From positions 7,192,001 to 7,256,000 of the forward strand of contig NC_043015.1 in NCBI RefSeq assembly GCF_006345805.1: 64,000 bases of DNA, written 5' to 3'. Position 1 is the first letter of the stretch. Every line of letters begins with the position of its first letter. The notes below the pieces were generated by a model, which was not told the DNA's origin, did not search any database, and saw only the letters and a list, made by a program, of their open reading frames with translations. Below are positions 39,681-52,245 of the stretch, one piece after another. This DNA is from Octopus sinensis (Eukaryota). The position numbers were made by a program, and so were the translations under genes.

Positions 39681-40227
39681 ATAGAGAGATAAATATATTA
39701 ATCGATAGACAGACACACAGACAGACAGATTGTCAGACAGATATGTAGAAAGATAACCAGTATGTGCGCATGTGTGCTTAAAAGAAAACGCCGTTGTCGA
39801 GCATTCTGCATACTATAAACAGAGACGACAGGAGCATATATTTATAGTATAGTGATTTATAGTACGATAAAATGAAAAACTCAAGGATTCGAGTGTCAGG
39901 AGGTTTGTAACCTTTAAGCAGTAAGCGTCCAGTAGAGAGAACAAGAAGAACTCAGAATACGATAAGATAAAATAATTTATTGGCATCGAGAGCTATACAG
40001 TTTTTCTCGTATCGAAGACGGAAAGAAAATTGATTGGCTGATAATTTCTATAAAGATCACTGTTAGCAAATAATGTTGTTGAAAATGCGAATAAAATATC
40101 GGATTATTGAAGTAAAACTTCTAAAATATAAGATATATATGTTTCTTCACATACGCTTCGTTGCACTGAATTTACCCTTCTCTCGAAATTGCTGGCCTCG
40201 TGTCGAACTTTCAAACAGTTATAATTA

Positions 40228-40662
40228 TTATTAGGATTGCCTTTGCACAGCTTTTAATGCTGGAGATGTACTACGGTTTCAGGTGTTCACTACTAAGGTA
40301 ACATCCCTTATTTTTCGAGCACCTTCCGGAGTTTTCGAACGGTTTCAAGCAGTGCTATTTTTCTGCAAATGCTCCAAACTTATTGCAACCCCTAATTCTT
40401 CCATGTATTTCTCAAGATTTGTGCTCACTGTTCCCAGGGCCCAGATAATTATTGGTACTACTACCACCTTTTACCTCGACTATAACTGCTTAACCACCCA
40501 AGCTAACCTGTCATATCTATCGACCTTTCTTTCTTCCTTATTGCATACCCTGTTGTCAACTGGGCATGCTATATCTATGGTCCAGCATAGTTTGCTTTCT
40601 TTCTCAATTAAGGCTTCCTACTCTCTATCTCATTGTTGCACTGAATCACAAAATCCCTCTAG
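40228..40662 (-). mobile_element. Dong/R4-clade LINE 3' fragment
   Basis: Minus translation DFVIQCNNEIE...VVVVPIIIWALGTVSTNLEKYMEELGVAISLEHLQK; 3' UTR ends in taataataat. Confidence 0.85.
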
Positions 40663-40684
40663 ATTATTATTATTATTATTATTA

Positions 40685-40845
40685 TTCCGTAGTCTTATTT
40701 TCATCACTTGCCTTCACTACACTATCGAGCGCAGCTGTGTGTGCCTTGGGTATGTGCTGCGGTTTGTTTTTGTGTTGTTATTTTCAATGTATTGGAAGTG
40801 TTTTGCGTAGGATGCGTGCAGTGTCTCCTATTGATATTGTCTGTA
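40685..40845 (-). mobile_element. Second Dong/R4 extreme 3' end, head-to-tail with the previous one
   Basis: GDTARILRKTLPIH* plus 3' UTR cttcactacactatcgagcgcagctgtgtgtgccttgggtatgtgctgcggtttg, homologous to 7215-7300. Confidence 0.75.
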
Positions 40846-41126
40846 TGTAATATATATATAATATATATATATAATATATATATATATATATTCATAATTC
40901 CTACTGCTGCTACTACTACTACTACAACTACTGCTGCTGCTGCTTTTTCTCCTCGTCGTCATCCTCATGCTCCTCCTCCGCATCATCTTCATCATCATCA
41001 TCATTATCAGTAGTAGCAGCTGCAACAACAGTGGTAGTAGTAGCAGCAGTATTATTGTAGCAGCAGTAGTATAATTGTTACTATTAATTGGCAGGTGTTA
41101 CAAGGTGAATGAAGGTGATTTAAAGG

Positions 41127-41179
41127 TGAAACGTTTCGTGTGAGAAGCCCCATGCACGTAACTCTCGACTCTTCAGTCA
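41127..41179 (-). ncRNA. Candidate minimal type I hammerhead ribozyme
   Basis: Minus strand: UGA CUGAAGA [GUCGAGAG...UUCUCACAC] GAAA CG U U UCA; core intact, palindromic ACGU stem III, only 3 bp of stem I. Confidence 0.45.
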
Positions 41180-41404
41180 TTACACTGCTTCTGTCATTAG
41201 AAGATTCCGTTTTACTACTAAATACACGCCCACACACATGTATAGATAAACAAATAGATACGTAGATAGGTTGTTTTATTTGATGATTGATTGAATTATA
41301 AATCAATAAAGATACATAAATTAGAAGCAGTACTAATGTATAATATGGTTATCGATCACGTATACTTAGTCCAGAAAGATATCGTTCTTGCTGGTCGGCT
41401 GCCT

Positions 41405-41608
41405 TGGTGTAGTGGAGGATACTCTTTCAAAATCTTAAATGTTAAAACACCTGAGAGTCATGGACGAGCAAGACAATTCACCTTAGTTCCCATTGAAGCG
41501 CGATGCCCATCGCTCCAAGATTGAATTAGATGTGAGTTATCTCACCTGTCGATGACTTTCAGGTATTTTAATACCCGGCGCTTTGAAAGACTAATCTTCA
41601 CTACGCCA
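41405..41608. mobile_element. Fold-back MITE-like element with imperfect inverted arms of about 68 bp
   Basis: 41405-41473 tggtgtagtggaggatactctttcaaa...aaacacctgagagtcatggacg pairs with 41540-41608 ...gatgactttcaggtattttaa...tttgaaagactaatcttcactacgcca. Confidence 0.65.
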
Positions 41609-41675
41609 TACCACAGTATACCGATAAATACACAAGGTACGTATGTTAAATGTATGTTAAGTGGTCATTAACACT

Positions 41676-41707
<32 letters not shown>

Positions 41708-42215
41708 CATACATATGTATGTATGTATGATAATGATGATGGTAATAATGATATTAATAAAAATAATAAAAATACAACAACAATCATAATAATAATAATA
41801 TTGTTATCATTATTAATCTAATTCTCTGCATTTAAAGAAACAAAGTTCCATATTCAAATCAGTTCATTAAATACAGTAGGCAAAAACTTTCATCTTTCAA
41901 ATTACATTTGTAAGTTCGTGCCGGTTAAAACTTGCTTTCATTCCCACTGCCCCTTGAACTGACTCCAATAATTAATGACACATAAGTTCGTAAAAATAGT
42001 GAAGCCCTCCAAATATGGTACTAAACTTATTTCAGAATGAATCCTGCAAAATACTTTAGAAATGAATACACCGGAAAGTGAAACAGCAAGAGACTTGTAA
42101 TATATATTATCTTAAACAAACTAAAATAGCACAAGTTACACGCATCTGCTGGTGCACACAGATGTTACTTAATACGCATAATGACACACGCCTAATGACA
42201 TGTATGTATATGTGC

Positions 42216-42255
<40 letters not shown>

Positions 42256-43378
42256 AGAGACAGAGAGAGAGAGATAGGTTGACAGATATATGTATTAATA
42301 GTTTTAGATAAATTAAGTCATGCAACACTTGCACGTGCAAGAGGCACGTGCATTAAATAAATATACGTATGTGTGTGTGAGAGCATAATACAAATATACG
42401 CTTACAATTTTTGTATATATGTTTGTAAGTATGTATGTATATATGTATCTATATATATATCTGTCTGTCGGTCTGTATGTATGTATGTATGTCTCTGTTT
42501 TCTCATCCAAGACAAAGGCGAGTATCAACGTTCCAATGTGGCAGACTTAATAATTGTTGAGGGTGCACAGCATGAAACCAATGGTAACTTTCTTAACTCA
42601 TAAAGAAAGTACACAGGCGCGCGAACACACACACACACACACACATACATGCATGTATATATATATATTCATGTGTTGCTTAGACCACGAAAGAACGATC
42701 TTGCATCAGAACACAGTTACATAGCGTTACTTTGGGTACGGAGCGTAACATGGAAGTATGTACGTACATGATCCAGGGACAGGAAATTATGAAATTGCGA
42801 TTGAATTTAGAAGGTCCGACAAAGCTAAGTGATGCACAAGCATTCAGCTCTGACTGCTTTGTATCTTGTGGCAGAAACAGCTATAAGCTAATGGAAATCA
42901 TTGCCAGAAAGGGGATGCTATCGTCAAATTGGGAACCTGCTCTTAACGCTTGCCATCGATAGACACCGTTAAAGACACCTAAGGTGTTGGTTCGTTGAGC
43001 TAAACTGGGTTACGAGCAAAGTCTGTAACTCTTGAAAGACATATCAGGATCTGAACTGAGTATGCAAATAGCCGGAACTAAAGCTGATTCAGAGCACTTC
43101 CGTCCAACGTTTTTGCAGCTCCGTGAGATTTGAATGCAGTGCGCAGAATATATGGTCAAATACTACGAAAAATTCTGCTGTACACTCTATTGAATTTGTC
43201 AATATATGCATAAGGACATTGACCGAAGATATAAAAAAATTGTCTATAGAATTTGAGTTAAGTCGCCGTGTATTTACACAAAATATATAAAGACTTTGCC
43301 AGTGTAACAAGAAACTATCTAGTACGATCACGCAAATATATTTTCTACGTGATTGGAATAACTTTCATGTCTTTTAAA

Positions 43379-43417
<39 letters not shown>

Positions 43418-43420
43418 CAT

Positions 43421-43687
43421 CTAATGTAGGATAACATTTTTTCGAAAAAAATTTATCAATGGCCAGCATATTAAAAGATACCTTTAAAGGTTAAGTTTAT
43501 AAACAACTTATAAATAAGGGCAAACGAAAAACTTTCTAATGCCAAATATGCCGAAATTAGACACATTATCTATAACCATATAATTTAACACAAGCACGCT
43601 ACTCGAAAAAGGTCGACAAGGACAATGTGTCTAATTTCGGCATATTGGCATTAGAAATTTTTTCGTTTGCCCTTATTTATAAGTTGT
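43421..43687 (-). mobile_element. (TA)n-anchored fold-back element (putative PLE pLTR fragment), same family as 58543
   Basis: Arms 43503-43567 and 43624-43687 are near-perfect inverted repeats; 43421-43585 is homologous to 58543-58715; TA runs on both sides. Confidence 0.75.
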
Positions 43688-44701
43688 ATATATATATATA
43701 TATATATATTTCGAAGGCATCAAGTTTTTGAGCTAAAGTCTCCCTTACATATAATAGTGAATATAACTATAGGAGCCATCCCGGAAGTACTCAGCGAAAT
43801 GGTTTCTCCAGTCAATTACAAACATATAGAGACACCTTACTATATACTATCCCATGGTACCTAGAAATTAATATTGAATTCATTAAAATATTAAGAATGA
43901 TTCTTCTTATAGGGCACGCTTTCCCATTATGCAATCCGAAATGCATGATGTCTGTTTTTGACATTTTTACAGCTTTTGCTCTTTTAATAATATGATCGGA
44001 ATTATTAAAGTATTGCATGGCCAACCTTTTCTGTTTATTAAGTTTCTTGCTACCAACTGGTGGCAATATTTAGCACATAATTTGTTTGCGATGCTCAGTA
44101 ACACAGTCATATAATAATAAAAAATCGCAACGTTTATGTACTCATTGGTACTAAAACATTATAAAAAGACATTTCCTGAGTTATGAGAATTGTATGAACA
44201 ACGCACTGAAGACACGAAATCTCATTACGTTTATACTGATGAAAATATGCAAAAAGCAATTTCTGTGCAAAGAAATGCAATGACAAATAGACGAACGTGT
44301 GAGGTGGAATTTTGTAACATTAAGTCACGATGTCCTGTTCAGTAAACATAATTCTTTCGCAAATATATTCGTTCTTATTCCCGTAACTTGGCGTTTCTAC
44401 TATCATATGAACTTTTGTATATGCAATTAATAATTTCATTTCTAAGCTGGTGATTTGAAATGTTGTAAGATGTCATTTCAGTTGTTACTAACGTGAGTAC
44501 ATTTCTATTTCTGTATAAGATTTCATTCAATTATTTCCAATCAAGAACTGCTAAGTGGCAGAATAGTTAGACTCTCAGAAAAAGGAGAAACAATGTGCTG
44601 TCGTTAGTATTTGTTCAGGCTTTTGTCCTCGTGGTTTAAAATTCCTAAGAAGATAGCTTTACCTTTCATCCAACCAGAGTCGGTAAATAGAATTCCAGCA
44701 A

Positions 44702-44936
44702 GGGTGGCGAGATGTCAGAATCGTTAGCACGCCGGGCGAAATGTTTTGCGGTATTTTGTCTGCTGTTACGTTCTGAGTTCAAATTCCACCGAGGTCGACT
44801 TTGCCTTTCATCCTTTCGGGGTCGATAAATAAAGTACCAGTTGAGCACTGGGGTCGATGTAATCGACTTAATAACTTTGTCCGTCCTTGTTTGTCCTCTC
44901 TATGTTTAGCCCCTTGTGGGCAATAAAGAAATAAGA
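44702..44936 (+). mobile_element. SINE family 2, full length (ccccttgtggg tail type)
   Basis: Head ...tcagaatcgttagcacgccgggcgaaatg...gagttcaaattcc, central gaggtcgactttgcctttcatcctttcggggtcgataaa, tail atgtttagccccttgtgggcaataaagaaata. Confidence 0.95.
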
Positions 44937-45349
44937 ATACCAGTCAAGCACGTTAGTCCGTGGTATGGACTTATTTCCTCACTTCAAAATTGTCTAGGGA
45001 TTAAATTAGAAACCCTTTCATTTCCAATCATTAGTAGGATATCAATAGTGCATAAAATACTTCTATTGTGTTAATTATGAACAGTCCTTAGAGCTGAGGA
45101 GTTTGATTCAAATGGGTTAGAAACTTAAATGTGAACGTGTGCATTTCATTGACGAGAAAATTAAGGCGGTTGACGAAAGCAAGTGCTTCCTTATGCACAC
45201 ACACGCACACGTTCATAGATGTGCGTTTGTGGGTGTGAGTGAGTGCATGGGCGTGTGTGTGTGTGTGCGTGCATGTGTGTGTGTGTGTGTGTGCACGCGT
45301 GTTAAAATATGTGTTTCTGTATGCGTGTTCACTTTTCTGACTTTTACAA

Positions 45350-45555
45350 GTTTACTCTTTTACTTATTACAGTCATTTGGCTGCGGCCATGCTGGAGCAC
45401 CGCCTTTAGTCGAGAAAATCGATCCCAGGGCTTATTCTTTGGAAACCTAGTACTTATTCTGTCGGTCTCTTTTGCCGAACCGCTAAGTAACGGGGATGTA
45501 AACACACCAGCATCGGTTGTCAATCGATGTTGGGGGAACAAACACAGACACACAA

Positions 45556-45598
<43 letters not shown>

Positions 45599-45746
45599 TA
45601 TGACGGGTTTCTTTCAGTTTCCGTCTACCAAATCCACTCACAAGTCTATAGTAGAAGATACTTGCCCAATGTGCCACGTAGAGGGACTGAAACCGGAACC
45701 ATGTGGCTGGTAAGCAAGTTACTTACCACACAGCCACTCCTGCGCC
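45350..45746 (-). mobile_element. SINE family 1, full length
   Basis: Reverse complement of the 37143 copy, ending cttaccacacagccactcctgcgcc. Confidence 0.95.
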
Positions 45747-47028
45747 TAAGCTTATAAAAAGTTTTAAAATATGGCGAACATGTGCACGTGTTGCGCTTTA
45801 CACAACCTCAAATACAAAACGATATCTAAAACTAGAAATTTTCACCATAAGGAAACAATGATATGTAAATATATAAAGTTATGCATCACAATAGAAACAA
45901 GAACATTTATATAACTTAAATATTGATGGGTCCCGCTAGTTATAACACAAATTGGATTGTATTGATTTTCTTCATTTATACCTCAGTTCATCATTATGCA
46001 GAGCGAAATAGAATTGACCAAGTATTCCTCGGCCTGTTTAAGACATCATATCAATTCCATACTTCATTATGCGCAGCGAAATAGAATTGATCAAATCTTC
46101 TTTAACATGTTTGAAACAACATTTCAATTCCATAGACAGCAACAAAATATTTTAACTCTTCTTCTTGAGATTAAATAACGCCAGAAAACTTTAAATTGAT
46201 ATGCGCTGGCGTATAATGTTTCTTCATTAGAAACGAAGATATCTACGCATTTGCCAATTGTGAACAAGGATGAAAATGTAAATTTTCCCGCTAAATATCA
46301 ATATAATCTTGTTACATCTATATTATTCAAAAGCGATACAGAATAGCCGAAATGAAACCGTTTTATTCGCACAAAATATAGTGGCTTGATAAGCTTTCAG
46401 TATGACATGTTTACGTCAGTATGATAGAAAGAAATGATACAGAAACTGCAAAATTGCTAAAGCAGCGAAGGATTTAAGTAATTTAAGAAGACAAGGAAAT
46501 ACTAACTGCTTAGCGATGCATTTTCTATCACTTAGCAGTCTTCACATGAGGATCTCAAGAGTAACTGACATACTTGTACGAATATATCAGTAAAGAAATA
46601 GCAATAAAGAAATTGTCTATGATTGCTAACTGCCTAAACATAAAGTACACATCTTATAATTTACATATTTTAATACGCATTCGCAATTTAGATTTTCTCA
46701 TGTCTGATTAAAAATACTCCTTTAGTTCATACACGATTACGCATGCGATGAATGAATTCATGAAATTATTTATAGGGCTTTATTTGCATTACTATAATTA
46801 AAATACTAATTAGCTAATATGTGCATTCTTAATACATAATAAGAATGTGTACAAAATGATTTATAGCCATTTATTTAATGCGCAATTTCAGTTCGTACGC
46901 AATGCAGATCATCTGTCGAAACAATAAGCTCCCTCAATATCTATTTCTAAGATTAAAGATTAGAAATTTGCGCTTGGTGAAAAAGGAAGATGCTTAAAAT
47001 TCGGCATCGTTGAAACTATATGAAGTAA

Positions 47029-47350
47029 GGCGCAGGCGTGGCTGTGTGGTAAGAAGTTTGCTTCCTAACCACATGTTTCCTAGTTCAGTCCGACTGTGAA
47101 ACACCTTCAACAAATGTCTTCCATCAAAGCCCCGGGTCAATCAAAGCCTCGAGGGTGAATTTGTTAGACGGAAACTGAAAGGAACCAGTTGTATATAATT
47201 TATGTATGTGTGTATCTTTGTGTCTGTTTTCCCTAACACCGCTTCACAGCCGGTGTTGGTGTGTTTACTTCTTCACTTAGTGGCTCAGCAAAAGTGATCG
47301 ATAAAATAAGAACTAGGCTTGAAATAAAAGTCCTGGAGTTGATTCGTTGG
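47029..47350 (+). mobile_element. SINE family 1, diverged
   Basis: ggcgcaggcgtggctgtgtggtaagaagtttgc...agacggaaactgaaag...aataagaactaggctt. Confidence 0.9.
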
Positions 47351-47474
47351 ATATGCAACATCAATGAATGTTATAATACAAACGGAAAAAAGCACCATGA
47401 AACATGAACCAAACCTAAGAGAGAGAAGGATCTTCAGAATAAAAACGCAGCCCCAATATATATAAGATTCAGTT

Positions 47475-47900
47475 ACACACACACACACATTATATATATA
47501 TATATATATACATATATATACATATACGCACATATATATATAAACACACATATATATAATAAACACACATATATATATATATAACACACATATATATATA
47601 TACATATATATACATAAACACACATATATATATATACATATATATACATATATATACACACATATATACATATACACACACACATATATACATATACACA
47701 CACACATATATATATATACATATATATACATATATATATATATACACACATATATACATATACACACACACATATATATATACATATACACACACACATA
47801 TATATATACATATATATACACATATATATACACATATATATATACATATATATACACACAAACATACATACACACATATATATATATATATACATATAGG

Positions 47901-47932
<32 letters not shown>

Positions 47933-48070
47933 TAGATAGATAGAGATACATACAAGTGGACGTCCACAGGACATGTATTAACTTGTTGCTCGGTGAATGA
48001 GAGAGAGAGAGAGAGAGATGGAGAGAGGTAGGTAGGCAGGTTGATAGATAGGTAGATAGATAGATAGATA
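47475..48070. repeat. (CA/TA)n array followed by (GATA/GACA/GA)n
   Basis: Directly visible. Confidence 0.95.
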
Positions 48071-48074
48071 CCAC

Positions 48075-48230
48075 GTTTTTGACACAGTAAACGTCTGCCA
48101 AATTCACTGACAAATTAGTGGTCCAGCCGGGGCTAGAGTAGCCAACACTCTACTTAGGTTTCACGCAGTGGGACTCAAATTGGAACAACAACATATCTGG
48201 AAAGCGAGCCTGTTAACCAGACAACCATTC
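48075..48230 (-). mobile_element. SINE family 1, 5' half, highly diverged
   Basis: gtctgccaaattcactgacaa...ggtccagccggggctagagtag...cacgcagtgggactc. Confidence 0.7.
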
Positions 48231-49123
48231 CTGCCCGTATATATATATATACGAGACATAATTATAATTTTGTCACCCTTACCATGTCTTACTTCTATAC
48301 TATTCATTCATATTGTAAACCGTTTTAATTAGTCAGTCAGTCAACTTTATATTCCTGTTTGTTATCAGAAATATATTTCAGCTGCGTTTTAAGTACATAA
48401 TTAAAAATGACTTTCGACGCAAAAGTATATATTCTGAAACGCTGGTTTCTGTTCTCCGAATGGAATTTGTAAGTTGCTGTTAGCAATTACAATGGGGATT
48501 CAGTGTGACACGTCGAATGGTTTGCATTTGTATTACATCTGAAGTGTCAGTAATATCGATCACTGAATGTTCCACAGAGATTAGAGATATTATTACACTG
48601 TGTGATTCGCTATTTCACATGCAAACTCGTGACAATGATGCCTCTCCATCGAATGATCAACCAAATTAGCATAAAACATACAGGCTAGTATCTACTAAAT
48701 TTATTTGAAAGTCAAATGAAGTATAACCTATGCAGTGTCTTGTGAAATTATTTATTGTGCATTCCTTTACTGCGTGCATCGTTCCAAGCTCGGACACCCT
48801 GCTCACATCTTTGTTTAATTACCGACTTGGTAAAACAACAGCTGTAGAACGATATGTCGCCTATAAACCAGCGCATATATATGTATGGTACTTGTTAAAG
48901 TTATCTGTTTAGATACTGTATATAAATTATATGCACACTTACTCATCTATACACGCATGCATATATATCTGTATATTCTGTAATATATATCTATATATAT
49001 ATAATATATATATATTATATATATATATATATAAACAATATATATAAACATATATATATATAGCTATCTACATGTGCGTGTATATACACATGCGTATATA
49101 CATAATATAATTATATATATATA

Positions 49124-49159
<36 letters not shown>

Positions 49160-49544
49160 CACACATATACACATATGTATGTGTGTAAATATATATATAT
49201 ACATACACATATGTATCATATACATAATGGTTTACGCTAATACTTTTGTGAGAGAGAAGATTAAGTCTGATACATTTGGACGCTACAGTTTTACAGGTTC
49301 CATTACAAGAATTAATTAAAAGTTGAGCAATTAATCTTGATTACCGCCAGAAATATGCGATACTAATTGTAATTGGTTTAGAATTGTTTCTTCGCCATCG
49401 TGTAATCGCATATCTCTCTAAATTTATGGGCGTGATTATTCGAGAACTATACACACAAGTAATTGTTCCGCATTCAAAACCAGGTCATTTGCCAACTGGT
49501 ATGTATGTATACATGCTTAGTTGAGTCATAGAGATAGTACCAAT

Positions 49545-49760
49545 CTTTTGTACTATAAGTACAATGCGGGAAATTTTGCCGGGGGGTCGAAAGTCGATCA
49601 CATCGATCTCAGTACTTCACTGGTACTTAATTTTATTTACCCTGAATGGATGAAAGGCAAAGTCGACTTAGGCGGAATTTGAACTCAGAACGTAAAGACG
49701 GACGATATGCTGTTAAGCATTTTGCCCGGCGTGCTAACGATTCCGCCAAATCGCCACTTT
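49545..49760 (-). mobile_element. SINE family 2 copy
   Basis: ggatgaaaggcaaagtcgacttaggcggaatttgaactcagaacgtaaagacggacg...cggcgtgctaacgattccgcc. Confidence 0.9.
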
Positions 49761-50331
49761 GATAAAGGCAGTAATAATGAAATGAGAGAACATTTTGAAC
49801 ATCAAATCAAAACATAATTTGTTGTGAACAGTTACTTGAATCCACCTGAATTCCCTAACAATGATTGAGATTTACTTGCCAACCTTTCGTTGGATTGTTG
49901 TCTAAAGCAGATGCTATCTCATTCATCAGACCTGTTATCAAATGCTATAATTTCCTTTGTTCGTTTTATCACTTATCAATATATACATTTCCTGATTTCT
50001 AGTGGGTAACGCGTCGGCAATAATGGAAATGAAACGGTGATTGTTAGATATTACAGAATATTCGATCTTTATTATATAAAGATCTTAACTCAGATAAAAC
50101 AGTCTGGTCATAAAGTATGTTTCGCAAACACAGACTTATAGGATTTGATCGTGCAGTACAACGCTTAAAGCATGCCTGTACTATTGCTTTGATTTGGCCA
50201 ATAGCTTGTCACTGAAAATTGTTAAGTCGGAAATTGTATAGAAAGCCAAATAGCACAATTATTATATGATCGATGTGTGCTTATACACATACTTGTTATG
50301 TGTGTAAGTATAAATGTATATATTTATGTAT

Positions 50332-50431
50332 NNNNNNNNNNNNNNNNNNNNNNNNNNNNNNNNNNNNNNNNNNNNNNNNNNNNNNNNNNNNNNNNNNNNN
50401 NNNNNNNNNNNNNNNNNNNNNNNNNNNNNNN
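50332..50431. other. Assembly gap (100 N)
   Basis: Run of exactly 100 N; a round size like this usually marks a scaffold join of unknown length. Confidence 0.99.
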
Positions 50432-50449
50432 TTGAAATAGTAGTAAATC

Positions 50450-50700
50450 CTTGGAAGAGGTTTTGGTAGACGGAAGCTGTGAGAAGTCTGTTATATCTTT
50501 GTGTCTATGCTTGCCCGCCCGTCACCTGTTTACAACCGGTGTTGGTGTGTTTACGTAACTGTAACTTAGATATTTGGCTTAAGTGACCGATAAAATAAGT
50601 ACTATACTTAAACAAATAAATCCTGTGGTTGATTTCCTCGGCTAAATAACCCTTCTAGTTGGTGCATCAGTGTGACTGCAGTCAAATGAATGCAAAAATT
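50450..50700 (+). mobile_element. SINE family 1, 3' part, diverged
   Basis: ttggtagacggaagctg...acaaccggtgttggtgtgtttacg...gactgcagtcaaatgaatgc. Confidence 0.8.
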
Positions 50701-52029
50701 AAAAGAGGGAACGAATATATACATGCATAAAAGACTGGAAAACATTCTGCAATTACTCCCTCCACATTACATATGTTTCATTACCTGATGGGAGTTACAT
50801 GTAAGAAATATTCTATTTGTAATTCTTCAGAACGAGAATTAAAATAATTATGAAGATACCAAATCATAAAAATAATAATATTTTATATAGCGGTTTGAGG
50901 AATTAGAAATACATTTCTTACATGCTTTTATACATGTATTTCCTCATGCGTTGATAGCTTCTTTTTATTTTACAGTATTCTCTAGTATCTTCAGCTCTTA
51001 TATGAATATAACGTCTAAAAATATATTTTGGAATATTTAAATATACAGATATGTTTCAGGAAGGCACGCCTTGCATTTCAAATCAATCTAAATATTTAGT
51101 ATGTGTATGCATGTATGTATGTGCGTTCGTATGTGTGTGTGCGCGTGCGCGTGTGCGTGTGCGTGTGTGTGTGTGTGTATGTGTAGGTACATAATTTGTA
51201 GGTTTAGATGGAGATACCAATATACAAATAAGGTTAATGGCCTGCTTTATTTTTTGAATATATTACGCCAACGATTATTTGTAAGCTATTAGCCATCTTC
51301 AAAAATTTTGCAACGGTGAAAAACTATTTGATCTGCCGGCATAACTTATTTCAACCTCGTCATGATATAATATTTTCTGATACATCAACCCACATTAGTT
51401 TGTTAAAGTTTGTCACATATGACAATTCAGTCGACATTTCTTTCATACAATTTTTGTCTTTATTCATTTTCCTGTCTTTTAGTTTTCACATTTATCCAAC
51501 ATCTCGAATAGAGTGATCTAATGTTTGTTGCAATTTATATTTCTAACACACAAAGGTCTGCTTCTACGTTTTTCCTGTCTGTCAATTATCATAGTGACAA
51601 TAGGTATAAAGAATAGTAGAGGAATAAAAAAAAATAAGCCACTGAAATAAACTAAATGGAACTTTAAAAAAAAGTAAACGCAGAAAACTGACAAGGGCTA
51701 ACTCGCAAGATTTATCACAAGACAATGTTCATTAAATTATTGATTTTTCTGAAATAAAAGAAATATAGATATTAAAAATTTTAGTATTTTTTTAAAAACT
51801 AAATACCAGTAAATTAATGAGTTAAAATAAATATAAAAAATGTATTGTTGTAGAATTTATTCTAGTGTTTGACAAAGCAGATATATTCACCAGAAAAATG
51901 TTAGGATATTAACTTGATGTTGCTTGGCAACAAACAAATGGAGATAGAAAAACCAAGTGGAATACATCGACTAGAATGTGATATTAATAGAGGAGAGGTA
52001 ACAGTAGTTCATGCAAACGTAAATATTGG

Positions 52030-52245
52030 TTTCAAATTTTGGCACAAGGGTAGTAATTACAGGGGAGCGGGTAAGTTGACTACGTTCACCCCAGTGCTGA
52101 ACTGGTATTTATTGTATCGACCCTGAAATAATAAAAGGCAAAGTGGTGATTGGGATTTTTTGGACTCAGAACGTAAAAACGGATGAAATACTGCAACGTA
52201 CTTTGCCCGGCGTGTTAACGATTTTGCGAGTTCACCGCCTTCATA
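52030..52245 (-). mobile_element. SINE family 2 copy (tttcaaattttggcacaagg tail type)
   Basis: tttcaaattttggcacaagg...ccccagtgctgaactggtattt...gactcagaacgtaaaaacggatgaaatac...gagttcaccgcc. Confidence 0.9.
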
